A stretch of DNA of 63,894 nt, the filler included, from Octopus bimaculoides (lineage: Eukaryota): NCBI RefSeq assembly GCF_001194135.2. It is 4 parts of 4 records of this genome, joined end to end, with 100 filler letters (N's around TTAATTAATTAA, not from the genome) between each part and the next. Parts side by side here need not be neighbours in the genome. Positions count along the whole stretch, not along the records: positions 42,134 to 56,642 come from NC_068986.1; positions 56,743 to 63,894 come from NC_068985.1; 2 more parts are not named here. The stretch is one strand, 5' to 3'. Shown here piece by piece: positions 50,701 to 63,894 of this stretch (within the stretch, counting starts at the first letter, position 1; each line of letters begins with the position of its first letter). The notes under the pieces were generated by a model. The model saw only the letters and a list, made by a program, of their open reading frames with translations. It made no database searches and was not told where the DNA came from. The translations under genes and the position numbers were made by a program.

Positions 50701-52140
50701 GGCTGTAAAGAGTAAAGAAATATCCAATATTTTGTCTCTCTTCAAACAATTGTGATGTCTGTGAGTGTCTTTTCGGTTCAGCAACCAAGGAACCTGTAAA
50801 AAGAAGATGTCTCTCTTTCTCTAGAACAGTAGTTCCGAAATTTGAAATCCACCTCCCTTCCTTAGTTGGGAGGTCTTTGTCTTGCAAGCTACTTGCTAAC
50901 CCCACTGGTACCCTGTGAAAAGCACCTGTGCTGGTGCCTTGTTAAAAGCACTTGTATTGGTATCAGGTGCCATATAGAAAGCACCCATGCTAGTGCAATG
51001 TAAAACGCACCTAGTACACTCTGTAAAGTGGTTGGCATTCGGAAGGGCATCCTGCCATAGAAACCATGCAAAAAAAAACATACAAATGGAGCTGGTGTAG
51101 CTCTACTGCTTGTCAGCTCCTGTCAAACCATCCAACCCATGCCAGCATGGAAAACAGATGTTAAATGATGATGTTGTGCTCCATAACATGTTGATGTTCT
51201 GTGAAACATAACATGTTAAATCAGAAAAAATAATAATTTCTAATTTAGGTGTAAGATCAGCAATAGGGTGAGCTAACACTATCAACCCCCAGTATTTGAT
51301 TTGAACCTTATTTTATTCAACCCCAAATGCATGAAATGAAGAAAAATGCCCCAGTGGGATTTGAACTCAGAATATAAAGAACCAGAACAAATACCACAAG
51401 GCATTTTTAACTATGATCTGATGATTCTGTCACTACACCACCCTTATGCCATGAAAGTCATAAAATTATATTTATAATATCTGAAGACCATGAGTTGAAA
51501 TTCTAAATGTATTGTCTGTTAATTATTTTGTTTATTGAATATAGAAGTACTTTATAATTTTCTGTTGCTTAAATTATTTATATTTATAGGTTAAAATATA
51601 TAAATACTATCTTTTGTATACATATTTTTCCTATTACATTTCATTTATCTAGTAGAGATTAGTTTTTAATAATCAGTTCTGTTAGCAGCAGTATAACAAC
51701 TAACTCGTTAATTGTTTTCCTGTTCCACTTCCTCACCTACCTTGTCGCCTATTATTATTATTTTGTTTTTCTTTTTGTCCAGGTCTTGTTTTTATAGTGT
51801 CACTAATTAGCATGTAATAATGCTTATAATTATAAACATTGCAAATCTTAGTGTAAAGATGGATTGAAGATGAAATGTTTTTTTTTTTCTTTCTTTTTTT
51901 TTTTTGTTCCTCTCCACTTCTCCAATGTCTGCCTCTGAAACGTTGCTTTGTCTCAGGAGCTGAGTTGCTAAGAGACTGCATTCTACTCCTGAAGACATAA
52001 ATTAATATGTAAATAAAAATAAAAATAAAACCCAGAAAAATGCGGGCTATAGAAAAGGAAACAGATTGGGAATAGCGGCAAGGCAAAACGATATAATGTT
52101 TGTTTTGCATTAGATCGCTGGTACTATTGTTGGTATAGCT

Positions 52141-52183
<43 letters not shown>

Positions 52184-53173
52184 AGATGTGGAGGTGGTTT
52201 TGGTTGTCATTGAGTAGAATCTGATCATAATCTAGTCCGAAGCAGAGTTAACCTTTTTTTTACAATAGATGTCACCGGTGTCGTGAAATGTTGCCGCTGA
52301 GAACTGATGAAGGAATATATTCCGGTGCCGTTTTAGTTGCTTTATCATTAAGACTCTTTTGATAAGTCGAGAATGTTTTGATTGAAAATATTTCCACTGC
52401 TTTGTATCAATACTGCCTCTACACCTCCACAGCCACCACCATCACCAGCGGTGGCAACAACAACAGCAGGCCTAGAACCGTTAATTGCTTCCACCAATTC
52501 ATGCTATTAATTTCTCAACACTGCAAACATGTAAAGCAATGTTTTCGTTTAGGCTTAATATTGCCTTTCTTAATTAAAGAGTGATTAGAAAAGACCAGCG
52601 GGTTTCATATGAGAGTAGGATGGGTGGGGAGTGGATTTTATTTTTGTGTCGGGAGATGGGACATTTATTTTCTTGTGTAATGGTCATTTTCTTTTATTCC
52701 ATTTTTTTTTCCAATTTTCTATTTGTTTTCATATTATTATTTTCCTTCTCGGGGGCTGTTTTCATTTCACCTCTTCTTTTGTTTCCTTTAAGGAATCTCA
52801 CATTATACAAGTGTGTGTGATGTGGTGTTGGTGCTGAAGATGTGTTGTGCAATGTCATTTGAAATTCCTTAACTTTGGTTAATTATAACAGCTGTATCAA
52901 TTTCTGTGTTTGAGAGAAATAACTACTCTTATGGTCAGTTGGTGACGCAGTGATTCCAGTCCTGAAGTGTTCTATCTACCTACATACTTACCCACCTGCT
53001 TTTTAATTATCATTCTATTTCTCTTTATCTTTTACTTGTTTCACTCATTGGACTGCAGCCGTACTTGGGCATTGCCTTGAAGTATTTGGTGGAATATATC
53101 AACCCCAGCACTTATCTTATTGGTGTTTTTTGCTGAACTGCTAAGTTACAGAAACTTAAACAAAACAACGCCA

Positions 53174-53455
53174 CATTATTTACATTTGATGGATATTTGT
53201 CCTCATCTTGTTTGCTGTTAACACAATGTTTTAGCTGATATACTCTCCAACCTTCATCAGGTGGTTTGGAGAATTTTCGAACCTGGGTTCTCATTCCTTA
53301 GGTATTTTTTGATGTTATTATTATGGGCATATGGCGTAGTGGTTAAGATCACGGGCTACTCACACCAAGATTCCGAGTTTGATTCCAGGCAGTGACCTGA
53401 ATAATAATGATAATAATAATAATAATAATGATAATAATAATAATAATAATAGCAT
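53174..53455. mobile_element. SINE family C: headless minus tail (53174-53323) abutting a plus head (53325-53400) with (AAT)n
   Basis: GGGCATATGGCGTAGTGGTTAAG...GAGTTTGATTCC head; reciprocal of the 4110-4529 layout. Confidence 0.8.
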
Positions 53456-55597
53456 CGATATGTGCATCTCTGATCATAAAAAGGAGCAGTGGGGGAGCAT
53501 CATAGCCATGTGTCGAGAGGAATTCTTTGGTGTTTGAATAATTCACCTCTGGAAATATGGGTGTTTCATTTATCTTTTAACAACCCTTATTCAGGGACAT
53601 TTTGAGTCGGAAAATTCAAACTGGGCCCTACCTGCAAGTTCATGTGCTGTTTATTTTGTTATGAGATTGCCATGTCATGCACATGTGGTAGTGATGCATG
53701 TGTTTAGTGTACCCATATCAGATGGGTGGTCATGAGGGGTATATTGGGCTTTGTATATTTGTACCCCAGCATCACTTTGATGGCACATGCTGCTTTCTCA
53801 CTCAATAATAATAATAATAATCATCATCATCATCGTTTAACGTCCACTTTCCATGCTAGTATGGGTTGGACGATTTTAATGAGGACTGGTGAACCAGATG
53901 GCTATACCAGGCTCCAGTCTGATTTGGCAGAGTTTCTACAGCTGGATGCCCTTCCTAACGCCAACCACTCTGAGAGTGTAGTGGTTGCTTTTACGTGCCA
54001 CCGGCACAATAATAATGATAATATTTTTAATAGTAATAAATAAATAAATAAAATTAAAAAACTGTATCTCTGCTCAGCAGTCTTGAAACACCTGGGTTTT
54101 GATCTGGTACATTGATCGAGTATTCATGGAAAAGATTTTATTATAATCTTGATGCTGTAATACCTTATATATTTTTTTATGTTGATCAGTGTAGATAAAT
54201 CAGTGCATAAATATTGACTAATTGTGTTCTCATCATCATCATCCCACCACCACCACCACCACCACCACCTCTCTTGTGCATGACTGAACAATGTTCATGG
54301 TGATAATAGTATCATCCATTGTTAAATAATGCATTACCACACCTTGTTGTTATGCCATTATGTATGTTCATGCAGAAAGCAAACTTGTAAACGTGGTCTA
54401 ATGGGTGTAGGCATACCTGTGTGGTTAATAACTTTGCTTCGCAATCATGTGGCTTCAGGTTCAATCTCACTGCACACCACCTTGGACAAGTGCCTTCTGC
54501 TATGGTCCCAGGCCTCAATCAATATCTTGTTTTTTATGTGCTTGCAAAAAAAAAAAAAAGACAAAACCAAATGAACAAACAATTTAAATGAATGTTATTC
54601 ATAAGTTACATTCTTTATATTCTCTCCATCATTCTCTACCTCCCTCAATTTCTCTCTCTCTTTTTCACTATTTATTTTCTATGCTGTCTATCATGCCCCC
54701 CCTCTCTCTCTCTGCAAGTCCCTCTTTTCCTTGCTCTCTCCCTCTCTCCACCTCTCTCTCACTTCTGTTTCTCTACCTTGTCCTCTTCAGTCTTACCAAA
54801 CACATACACAATCTGATCCAGGTTACTTATTTCTCACCCCACTCCAGTAGAATCTCATTCTGCAACATTGTTATTGGTAACATCAGGGAATGAAACCAAC
54901 TCAAGTTGATGGAGAAAGATGTTTACTAACAACTGTTAACCCCTCTTTTGTTACATTGAATATTAAAGCAATTTGTCGATAGTTGGCAAAGTCAGAGAGG
55001 TTTCACTTCCCGGGGATGCAACACACTGTAACAGTTCACTTGCAGAGTCATCCCAGCGGAGAAATGGTGTGTACAAGGATTCCACAAAATTGGTAGAAAT
55101 TGGTAGAAATTGGCAGGAAAGCTTGCAGAATGGGCAATAAATGACAGTACTTTCTGTTTCCTGTATGTAAAATAGGCATGGCTATGTGATAGAAGTTTGC
55201 TTCTCAACTACATGGTTCTGGGTTTTAATCCCTCTAGGTGGCACCTTGGCTAAGTGTTCTCTGCTATAACCCCAAGCCAACCAATGCCTTGTGAGGGGAT
55301 TTTCTCGACAGAAATAGAAAGAAACCCATTGTACGTGTGTGTTACTGTCTCTTTGCCTTGATATCATGTGACAGTCAAATGAACGTTACCATCATGAAAG
55401 TGGTGTCATTCATTCATCTTCCATGAGTAACATGTCTGGTCATGGGGGGTGGAATACATTGCCTCTCATGGAAACAGTTGAGGGTGGGTGACAGGGAAGG
55501 TGTCCAGTTGTAGTAAATGTACCTCAACAAAATTCTATCCAACCCATTCAAGCATGGAAAACTGTTCATGAAAATGATGATGGTGATGCTAGTCCTT

Positions 55598-55824
55598 TTA
55601 CATAAGCTTTGGTTGTGGATAAAAACCAGTTGATAGGTGAGTGGGGTCTTTTGGGGTTGTTGCAGTTGTTGTAGGCAGTGTTCTTCCCCTTTTCTGTTGT
55701 AGTGCAGCTAAATGTGAATCATTTGGGTGATTTGAAGTTAGGCATCTTTGTTTGGATGATGGATGTGAAGGGACATGCTTAATGCTCGTTGTGTTGATTA
55801 AATTTTTGCTGGCGATGTAACATG
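55598..55824 (-). CDS. Candidate terminal exon, S/T/P/H-rich
   Basis: Stop-free frame of about 76 codons (CYIASKNLINTTSIKHVPSHPSS...PKLM then TAA) after a weak gatTAG acceptor. No homology recognised. Confidence 0.2.
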
Positions 55825-56642
55825 CTAATCATATGCAAATCAGTTCTAGCAACTTCTTTTATTAACCAGTAAAAAAAAAAAAAAGTGTGTATTATGTTAT
55901 GTGAAATGTGGAGAATTCCAGAAAGTACCCCACTATCGAAGATGAGTCAACTCAGGTCCCATGAATCAAGTGCACATACATGGAACTGAGTGTATTTTAT
56001 CCCTGTGCAATAAAGGTTAAGAATATAGTTTTGGTCATTAATTTAGCTGCCTTGGATGAATCAAGATTGAAGCACAATTAGTGGCAAAGACAGATTGTGT
56101 AAAACTGCAGAGCTTTAACTAGTTAGCTGACACGAAGGGTCATAGGGTCTCGGAGGTGGGGTGAACATTGTGTATTGTATTATGTGCTGGGTATATGTGG
56201 TAAAGCCAACTGAACCTATACTAATATATTACTGATATTAAGGCAGTAAGATGGCAGAATTGTTAGTGTGCTGAGCAAAATGTTTGCCGGCATATTTTCC
56301 AACTCTTTACATTCTGAGTTCAAATCCTGCTGAAGTCAACTTTGTTTTTCATACATTTAAGGTCGATAAAATAAAGTTCTGGGGTCAGTGTAATTACCTT
56401 GATCTCTCCCCTGGAATATATTGGTATTTTGCCAAAATTAGAAAGAAATGTATTTGGAGGTATTTATCTTGCCAGTGGCACAAAAAAAAAAAGTCCCCTG
56501 TACTCACTGTGGGGTGGTTGGTATTAGGAAGGGTATCCGACCATAGTAAACATGCCAAGGCTTGACACAACCCTGTGGCTTGCCAGATCTTGTCAAACCA
56601 CCAGACCCATGCAAGCATGAAAAACGGGTGTGTGGTGGTGGT

Positions 56643-56742
56643 NNNNNNNNNNNNNNNNNNNNNNNNNNNNNNNNNNNNNNNNNNNNTTAATTAATTAANN
56701 NNNNNNNNNNNNNNNNNNNNNNNNNNNNNNNNNNNNNNNNNN
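56643..56742. other. Artificial scaffold-joining spacer
   Basis: Same 100-bp layout; 12-mer at 56687-56698. Confidence 0.92.
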
Positions 56743-56925
56743 TGGGGGTAGCTGATGAAGGAAAATGTTCTCTATGTGGCCTGTGTTTTCTGTACTCTGG
56801 TTATTATTATTTTTTTGTCTACGTTTTGTTTGCAATGTCCTGTACCCAGATATGCACCTATATATACAGGTAGACGTAGGTATGCACATACCTGTACGTA
56901 TATATGCATATACTCATTTATTATT

Positions 56926-56929
<4 letters not shown>

Positions 56930-56983
<54 letters not shown>

Positions 56984-57285
56984 CTGTGTGTACATCTATA
57001 TATGTGTGTATGTATCTGAGTTTCTGTGTATGTGCATGTGTGTGTGAGGGGGTGCTTGTATATATACATGTGCGTATGTATGTAAGTATGTATATATGAT
57101 ATGCGTGTATTCGCATACATGCATATATGTATAAATATATGAATATATGCATGTCTATCCATGCGTGTATACGTATGTAAGAATGCATACATGTATATGT
57201 ATGGATATATATGTATTCATTTGTATATATGCGCCTTTATGTATGCATACGCATGTATACATGCATGTATGTATGTACGTATGCT

Positions 57286-57328
<43 letters not shown>

Positions 57329-58423
57329 GCATGTATGTATCTATATTTCTGTGTGTGTATATATGTGTGTGTGTCTCCACACATTTACAAAAACAAATAC
57401 ATGTAAAGGCAAGCGCAAACGGGCGCACATACACAAACAGAGACACACACATTTTTATTCACACACGTACCTATGCACGCATTCATACACGCATACACAC
57501 ACCCTTACGCGCATACACACAAACTGCAACTCACATATTCTCACATAGAAACACATATACATACACACTCATACACATAATTACATACATAATCATACGC
57601 AAAATCATAATACACACATGCATACACACACATACAAATACACTGACCATGATAAGCATGTACAATAATATACATACATATACACAAACAGAAACTCATA
57701 CACGCACACACACACACGCACAGAATGTTTTAGATGCTCCCACATAGAAACACGTACACACACAATCATGCCCACCAACATATACACAAACATACACACG
57801 GTCACACAAACGAAACGCATATGCACACGCACGCATATGCACAGACCATCACATGCACAGACCATCACATGCATTCACTGTAATACGCATATGTATGCAC
57901 AAATAGAAACACGCGCAGAGAGAAAATTTTACACACTTTCACATAGAAACCCGTACACACACATTCATACACATAGTCATATACACAACCATACACACAA
58001 AAGCACACACACACACACAGAGTCATGCATGCATGTATGCGTGCGGTCGGACATATACACACGAGCGCAGATATAGAGACAGAGAGAATACATATGGACG
58101 GAGGCAGAGAGTGAAATTGCCACTTAATTGAGCAACTTATCATTTGAATAATCTAATAGTGAACCGCCTACATAGAATTAGAGGTCCTTAATAGCCGTCT
58201 GGCATCTAGTTCATAGGTTGTATGGGTTGTATATACGCTACTGCCTGGTCTACCCACACCAGTCATACACCGACAACCTCCACGCACAATACGTACGCAT
58301 GCTTTCACCAACACCCATTCACATATTGTCATACAAATGTACATACAACCGCGCTAACGTAGTCATGCAATGGTAAACACACGCAATGACACAAATATGA
58401 TTGCATACAAACACAAGCGCTTC

Positions 58424-58494
<71 letters not shown>

Positions 58495-58560
58495 ACACAT
58501 AAATACATGCGGACGTTTTGTGGCATGTGTGTCTGTGTGTCTGTGTGTATGATGTAAGCT
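56930..58560. repeat. Long degenerate (TA/TG/CA)n low-complexity tract
   Basis: Visible; the ORFs here are C/V/Y/H/T-biased artefacts. Confidence 0.9.
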
Positions 58561-59299
58561 GTTTGTTAGTAGACAGCCAGCNNNNNNNNNNNNNNNNNNN
58601 NNNNNNNNNNNNNNNNNNNNNNNNNNNNNNNNNNNNNNNNNNNNNNNNNNNNNNNNNNNNNNNNNNNNNNNNNNNNNNNNNNNNNNNNNNNNNNNNNNNN
58701 NNNNNNNNNNNNNNNNNNNNNNNNNNNNNNNNNNNNNNNNNNNNNNNNNNNNNNNNNNNNNNNNNNNNNNNNNNNNNNNNNNNNNNNNNNNNNNNNNNNN
58801 NNNNNNNNNNNNNNNNNNNNNNNNNNNNNNNNNNNNNNNNNNNNNNNNNNNNNNNNNNNNNNNNNNNNNNNNNNNNNNNNNNNNNNNNNNNNNNNNNNNN
58901 NNNNNNNNNNNNNNNNNNNNNNNNNNNNNNNNNNNNNNNNNNNNNNNNNNNNNNNNNNNNNNNNNNNNNNNNNNNNNNNNNNNNNNNNNNNNNNNNNNNN
59001 NNNNNNNNNNNNNNNNNNNNNNNNNNNNNNNNNNNNNNNNNNNNNNNNNNNNNNNNNNNNNNNNNNNNNNNNNNNNNNNNNNNNNNNNNNNNNNNNNNNN
59101 NNNNNNNNNNNNNNNNNNNNNNNNNNNNNNNNNNNNNNNNNNNNNNNNNNNNNNNNNNNNNNNNNNNNNNNNNNNNNNNNNNNNNNNNNNNNNNNNNNNN
59201 NNNNNNNNNNNNNNNNNNNNNNNNNNNNNNNNNNNNNNNNNNNNNNNNNNNNNNNNNNNNNNGTGTCTGTGTGTCTGTGTGTATGATGTAAGCTGTTTG

Positions 59300-59687
59300 T
59301 TAGTAGACAGCCAGCGAAGCGTGTATATAGTTATGTATGATGGAAGTCTTTCTACAGCTATGTCTGATGTAGGTGTGTACACAGCTTTGTCTAATGGTTA
59401 TATACAGCTTTGTCTGATGTAAGCTGATATATATTTTGTCTGATAGACATTTTTATACAGTTGTGTCTGATGTAAGCAGTATTATATATCTTGTCTGATG
59501 GTGGAATACATATACAGCCTTTCTAATGGATGGTTGTATACAGCTGTCTGGTGTAAGCTGTGTTATGTATCTTGTCTGATGGAGGAGCGATTATACACAT
59601 TTTTATACAGTTATGTCTGATGTAAGCTGTGTTATATGTCTTGTCTGATGGAAGAGTACTGGAAGTATTTGGTGTAGGTGTATATAT

Positions 59688-59736
<49 letters not shown>

Positions 59737-61080
59737 NNNNNNNNNNNNNNNNNNNNNNNNNNNNNNNNNNNNNNNNNNNNNNNNNNNNNNNNNNNNNNNN
59801 NNNNNNNNNNNNNNNNNNNNNNNNNNNNNNNNNNNNNNNNNNNNNNNNNNNNNNNNNNNNNNNNNNNNNNNNNNNNNNNNNNNNNNNNNNNNNNNNNNNN
59901 NNNNNNNNNNNNNNNNNNNNNNNNNNNNNNNNNNNNNNNNNNNNNNNNNNNNNNNNNNNNNNNNNNNNNNNNNNNNNNNNNNNNNNNNNNNNNNNNNNNN
60001 NNNNNNNNNNNNNNNNNNNNNNNNNNNNNNNNNNNNNNNNNNNNNNNNNNNNNNNNNNNNNNNNNNNNNNNNNNNNNNNNNNNNNNNNNNNNNNNNNNNN
60101 NNNNNNNNNNNNNNNNNNNNNNNNNNNNNNNNNNNNNNNNNNNNNNNNNNNNNNNNNNNNNNNNNNNNNNNNNNNNNNNNNNNNNNNNNNNNNNNNNNNN
60201 NNNNNNNNNNNNNNNNNNNNNNNNNNNNNNNNNNNNNNNNNNNNNNNNNNNNNNNNNNNNNNNNNNNNNNNNNNNNNNNNNNNNNNNNNNNNNNNNNNNN
60301 NNNNNNNNNNNNNNNNNNNNNNNNNNNNNNNNNNNNNNNNNNNNNNNNNNNNNNNNNNNNNNNNNNNNNNNNNNNNNNNNNNNNNNNNNNNNNNNNNNNN
60401 NNNNNNNNNNNNNNNNNNNNNNNNNNNNNNNNNNNNNNNNNNNNNNNNNNNNNNNNNNNNNNNNNNNNNNNNNNNNNNNNNNNNNNNNNNNNNNNNNNNN
60501 NNNNNNNNNNNNNNNNNNNNNNNNNNNNNNNNNNNNNNNNNNNNNNNNNNNNNNNNNNNNNNNNNNNNNNNNNNNNNNNNNNNNNNNNNNNNNNNNNNNN
60601 NNNNNNNNNNNNAACCGTGTCTTAATGAGATTTTATACAACTATATCTGATGTAGGTGTGTATACAGCTATATCTCTTTATACAGCTGTGTGTGATGCTA
60701 TATCCGTAATATATATTATGTTTGATGGAAATGCATGCATACAAATATGTCTAATATAGATGTGCATGAACAGACATGTCTGATGTAGGTCTGTATATGC
60801 AGATATGTCTGTTCAGAGCTGTGTATACAGTAGTGTGCAATGAAGGTGTGTGTGTGTGTGTGTGTGTGTGTATACATATATGCGTTTGATGGCTATAAGT
60901 ATATACAGCTGTATTTGACCAGCGGTGCGTATACAGCTGTGCCTGACGGAGATGTGTGTAGAGGGTTAAATCTGATGGATGTGTGGATATATAGTTTTGT
61001 ATGATGTAAGTGGATGTCTATAGTTTTGTATGATGTAGGTGGATGTCTGTGTTTGAACAAAAGTGTATACTGTAGGTGTG
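59300..61080. repeat. Degenerate minisatellite spanning an N gap
   Basis: Recurrent TATACAGCT(A/T)TGTCTGATGTA(G/A)G-like units on both sides of the gap. Confidence 0.7.
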
Positions 61081-61356
61081 TATATATATATATATATAGT
61101 GAGAATTTACAAAAAAGAGACGAAGACGGGTGTGTAAACAACAAACAGATGTATTAGTTTAACGCTCGAGAAGTGAGAAAATGTTTTACGTTTCGAGCCT
61201 ACGCTCTTCGACAGAAAGGAACACAGAAATAAAAAGGGAGAGAAAATAGATNNNNNNNNNNTGTGCTTATAAAAAAAAAAACAGATATCTAATAACAGAT
61301 AATAACCTTATTTATCAAAAAAAATACTATGAGGATAAAAATAAACCTTTTCTATG

Positions 61357-62389
61357 TTATTCAATAAAGCCACCTTCAGCTTCAACAGCTGCTTCTATAT
61401 GAGATCTAAATCATCGACATGCTCGAATCAAGTGGTCCTGGTTCATTTTGGACATCACTCTGACTATGGCTGCTTTCAAAGAATCGTTGGTTTTATACGG
61501 GTGTGTTCATTGACCTCTCTCCACGTGTAATAGTCCAATGGATTGAGATTTGGGGAATAAGGAGGCCAAATGTTAGGGGTTATGTAATCATGAAAATTTT
61601 AAGCCATCCATTTCTGTGTTACTAGAGCTATGTGTGATAGTGCCGAGTCTTACTGAAACACATATGGCCTTCCATTGCATACACTGTCTATCCAGAGCTT
61701 AACAATTATTTCTAGGACCTCAATGTAGGCGGCAGAGTTAACTCTAAAGCCTTGTGGAAAGAAGTAAGGAGGCATCACATGTCCTTCATTGCTGACAATC
61801 CCTAAAACCATGACAGTCGCAGGAAATATTGTATGCATAACACTTGGAACTTTAGAAGTGTCTGCACATAGCCAGCTGTCATTTCTTCTGTTAACTTTAT
61901 GCTCTTGGCCGAAGTTTTTCTTGTTTGAGAAAAACCAAATCAAATCTTCTGCTGGATTTTTCAGTTTGTTTAAGAGCCTTTTAGATCTGATGTAGTGATT
62001 TTCTTTCGCATTTTCTGACAAACTGACCTTTCCTCATCATATAAGATTTATATTTGATGTCTTCGTGGGCAACATTACTGACTGTTCCTTCTAACACATG
62101 GAAATCTTTTGCACTTGACCTCATGAACTTTCTGAGAGTAATAAATGGTCTGTTGAACTTGCTGGATAAATTCAAGTGTTCTGATGATTTCAGAGCGTTT
62201 AGAATGCTTTTTATGCCTTGATACTGGTGATACGATTCAATCTTCAATCTCTAGCTCCTTACAAACTTTGTAGACGAAAGATCTGGAAACTTCTAAAAGT
62301 CGAGATATTTCTAAATCGCTATGCTCAACCTTTATAACCACAATAACAGCATGTTTCTTCATTTCTTCAGTAAGCTGAGGGTCTGCCAT
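61357..62389 (-). pseudogene. maT (DD37D) Tc1/mariner transposase relic
   Basis: MADPQLTEEMK... start; WFFSNKKNF; VMVLGIVSNEGHVMPP; RPYVFQ*DSA...WPPYSPNLNPLDY with 37 residues between the two Asp; EAEGGFIE* end. Stops and a frameshift are present. Confidence 0.9.
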
Positions 62390-62950
62390 TATTATTTTCT
62401 GAAACAAAAATGATACAGAGCTAGCAAAAAATGCAGCAATGACCCCAAAAAGGTATACCATCAAATACCTTAGGCACCCTTTATATATATAGATCGGAAG
62501 NNNNNNNNNNNNNNNNNNNNNNNNNNNNNNNNNNNNNNNNNNNNNNNNNNNNNNNNNNNNNNNNNNNNNNNNNNNNNNNNNNNNNNNNNNNNNNNNNNNN
62601 NNNNNNNNNNNNNNNNNNNNNNNNNNNNNNNNNNNNNNNNNNNNNNNNNNNNNNNNNNNNNNNNNNNNNNNNNNNNNNNNNNNNNNNNNNNNNNNNNNNN
62701 NNNNNNNNNNNNNNNNNNNNNNNNNNNNNNNNNNNNNNNNNNNNNNNNNNNNNNNNNNNNNNNNNNNNNNNNNNNNNNNNNNNNNNNNNNNNNNNNNNNN
62801 NNNNNNNNNNNNNNNNNNNNNNNNNNNNNNNNNNNNNNNNNNNNNNNNNNNNNNNNNNNNNNNNNNNNNNNNNNNNNNNNNNNNNNNNNNNNNNNNNNNN
62901 NNNNNNNNNNNNNNNNNNNNNNNNNNNNNNNNNNNNNNNNNNNNNNNNNT

Positions 62951-63286
62951 ATATATATATATATATTATATTATATTATATTATATTATATCTATATATA
63001 TGTAAGTATTTGTGTCTGTATTTGTCCCCCTACCATCGCTTGACAACCGATGTTGGTGTGTGCAAAGGAGGCAGATGGAATAAGTACTAGGTTCACAAAA
63101 ATAAGTCCTGGGATCGATATGTTTGACTAAAAAGGCGGTGCTCCAGCTTGGCCGTAAAAGAATATATATGTATATACACATGTGTGTGTGTGTGTGTGTG
63201 TGTGTGTAGGGAGAATTCACGAACAAACAACAGACGAAGACAGGTGGTGTAAACAGTTGATCTATCTATCTATCTATCTATCTATC

Positions 63287-63324
<38 letters not shown>

Positions 63325-63512
63325 TGTCGGTCTATCTGTCTATCTGTTTATCTATCTATCTCCATAAATATGTATGTGTGTATGTATGTATGTATGTATG
63401 TATGTATGTATGTGTGTATGTATGAACATATGTATAAGACTTGTCCTTCATTTCGTCTCTCACTTTTTCTCACCAGCGCACAAACACATACACTTCCTCT
63501 CTCTCCGCCCCT

Positions 63513-63557
<45 letters not shown>

Positions 63558-63860
63558 AGTTTCTTTCAATTTCTTTTTATCTAGTTGATATGTCTGCGTG
63601 TGTGTGTGCGCTTGTGTATGCAAATATCTATGTACAAATGTATGTATATGTGCATGTACATATTAGTGCGTATATATGTAAGTAGATAGATAGATAGATA
63701 GGTGTGTGTATATTTGCATGCATGCAAGTATGTATGCAATTATGCATATATGTACGTCATTTATCTTTCGTTTTTCTTACCTTGTCTTTGTCAGAAATAT
63801 GCACACACACACACACACACACACGTGTGCACACACGCACACACATACATATACGCATGC

Positions 63861-63894
<34 letters not shown>
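62951..63894. repeat. Compound microsatellites: (TA), (TG), (TCTA), (TATG), (CT), (CA)
   Basis: Visible arrays. Confidence 0.88.

Noticed and set aside
52300-52325. CTGATGA-A-GGAATATATTCC hairpin
   Set aside because: Followed by GGTG rather than GAAA, with no stem I; likely chance.
52425-52505. Minus-strand MNWWKQLTVLGLLLLLPPLVMVVAVEV signal-peptide-like ORF
   Set aside because: Stops after 27 codons; hydrophobicity comes from (GTT/GGT)n repeats.
53325-53400. Possible tRNA gene
   Set aside because: A/B boxes are present, but there is no acceptor stem or T-run terminator, and it is the head of a dispersed SINE family.

Overview
AT-rich, repeat-dense eukaryotic DNA. The SINE repertoire matches my recollection of octopus genomes; this is an inference, not a database result. 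The window is not contiguous: three artificial 100-bp spacers (44N-TTAATTAATTAA-44N at ~31.4, ~42.0 and ~56.6 kb) join four scaffolds. Scaffold 1 carries 20 phase-consistent plus-strand exons (~830 aa, 5' end missing) of a SCO-spondin-like extracellular protein: discoidin-like, Pro/Thr linker, 6 TSP1, 2 TIL and VWC-like modules. Scaffold 2 carries a minus-strand gene fragment in which three phase-1 micro-exons and a death-domain exon sit in tandemly duplicated intron+exon units, two of which hold a decayed HERO/R2-group retrotransposon. Scaffolds 3-4 are mostly SINEs, microsatellites and a maT (DD37D) transposase relic. Top finding: a tRNA-headed SINE-like family whose tail folds as a Penelope-type minimal type I hammerhead ribozyme. 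At 4 of 5 loci it occurs as an inverted pair with asymmetric ends, suggesting a Pol III-headed, ribozyme-bearing element mobilised by Penelope-like machinery. Repeat boundaries are approximate and were read by eye.
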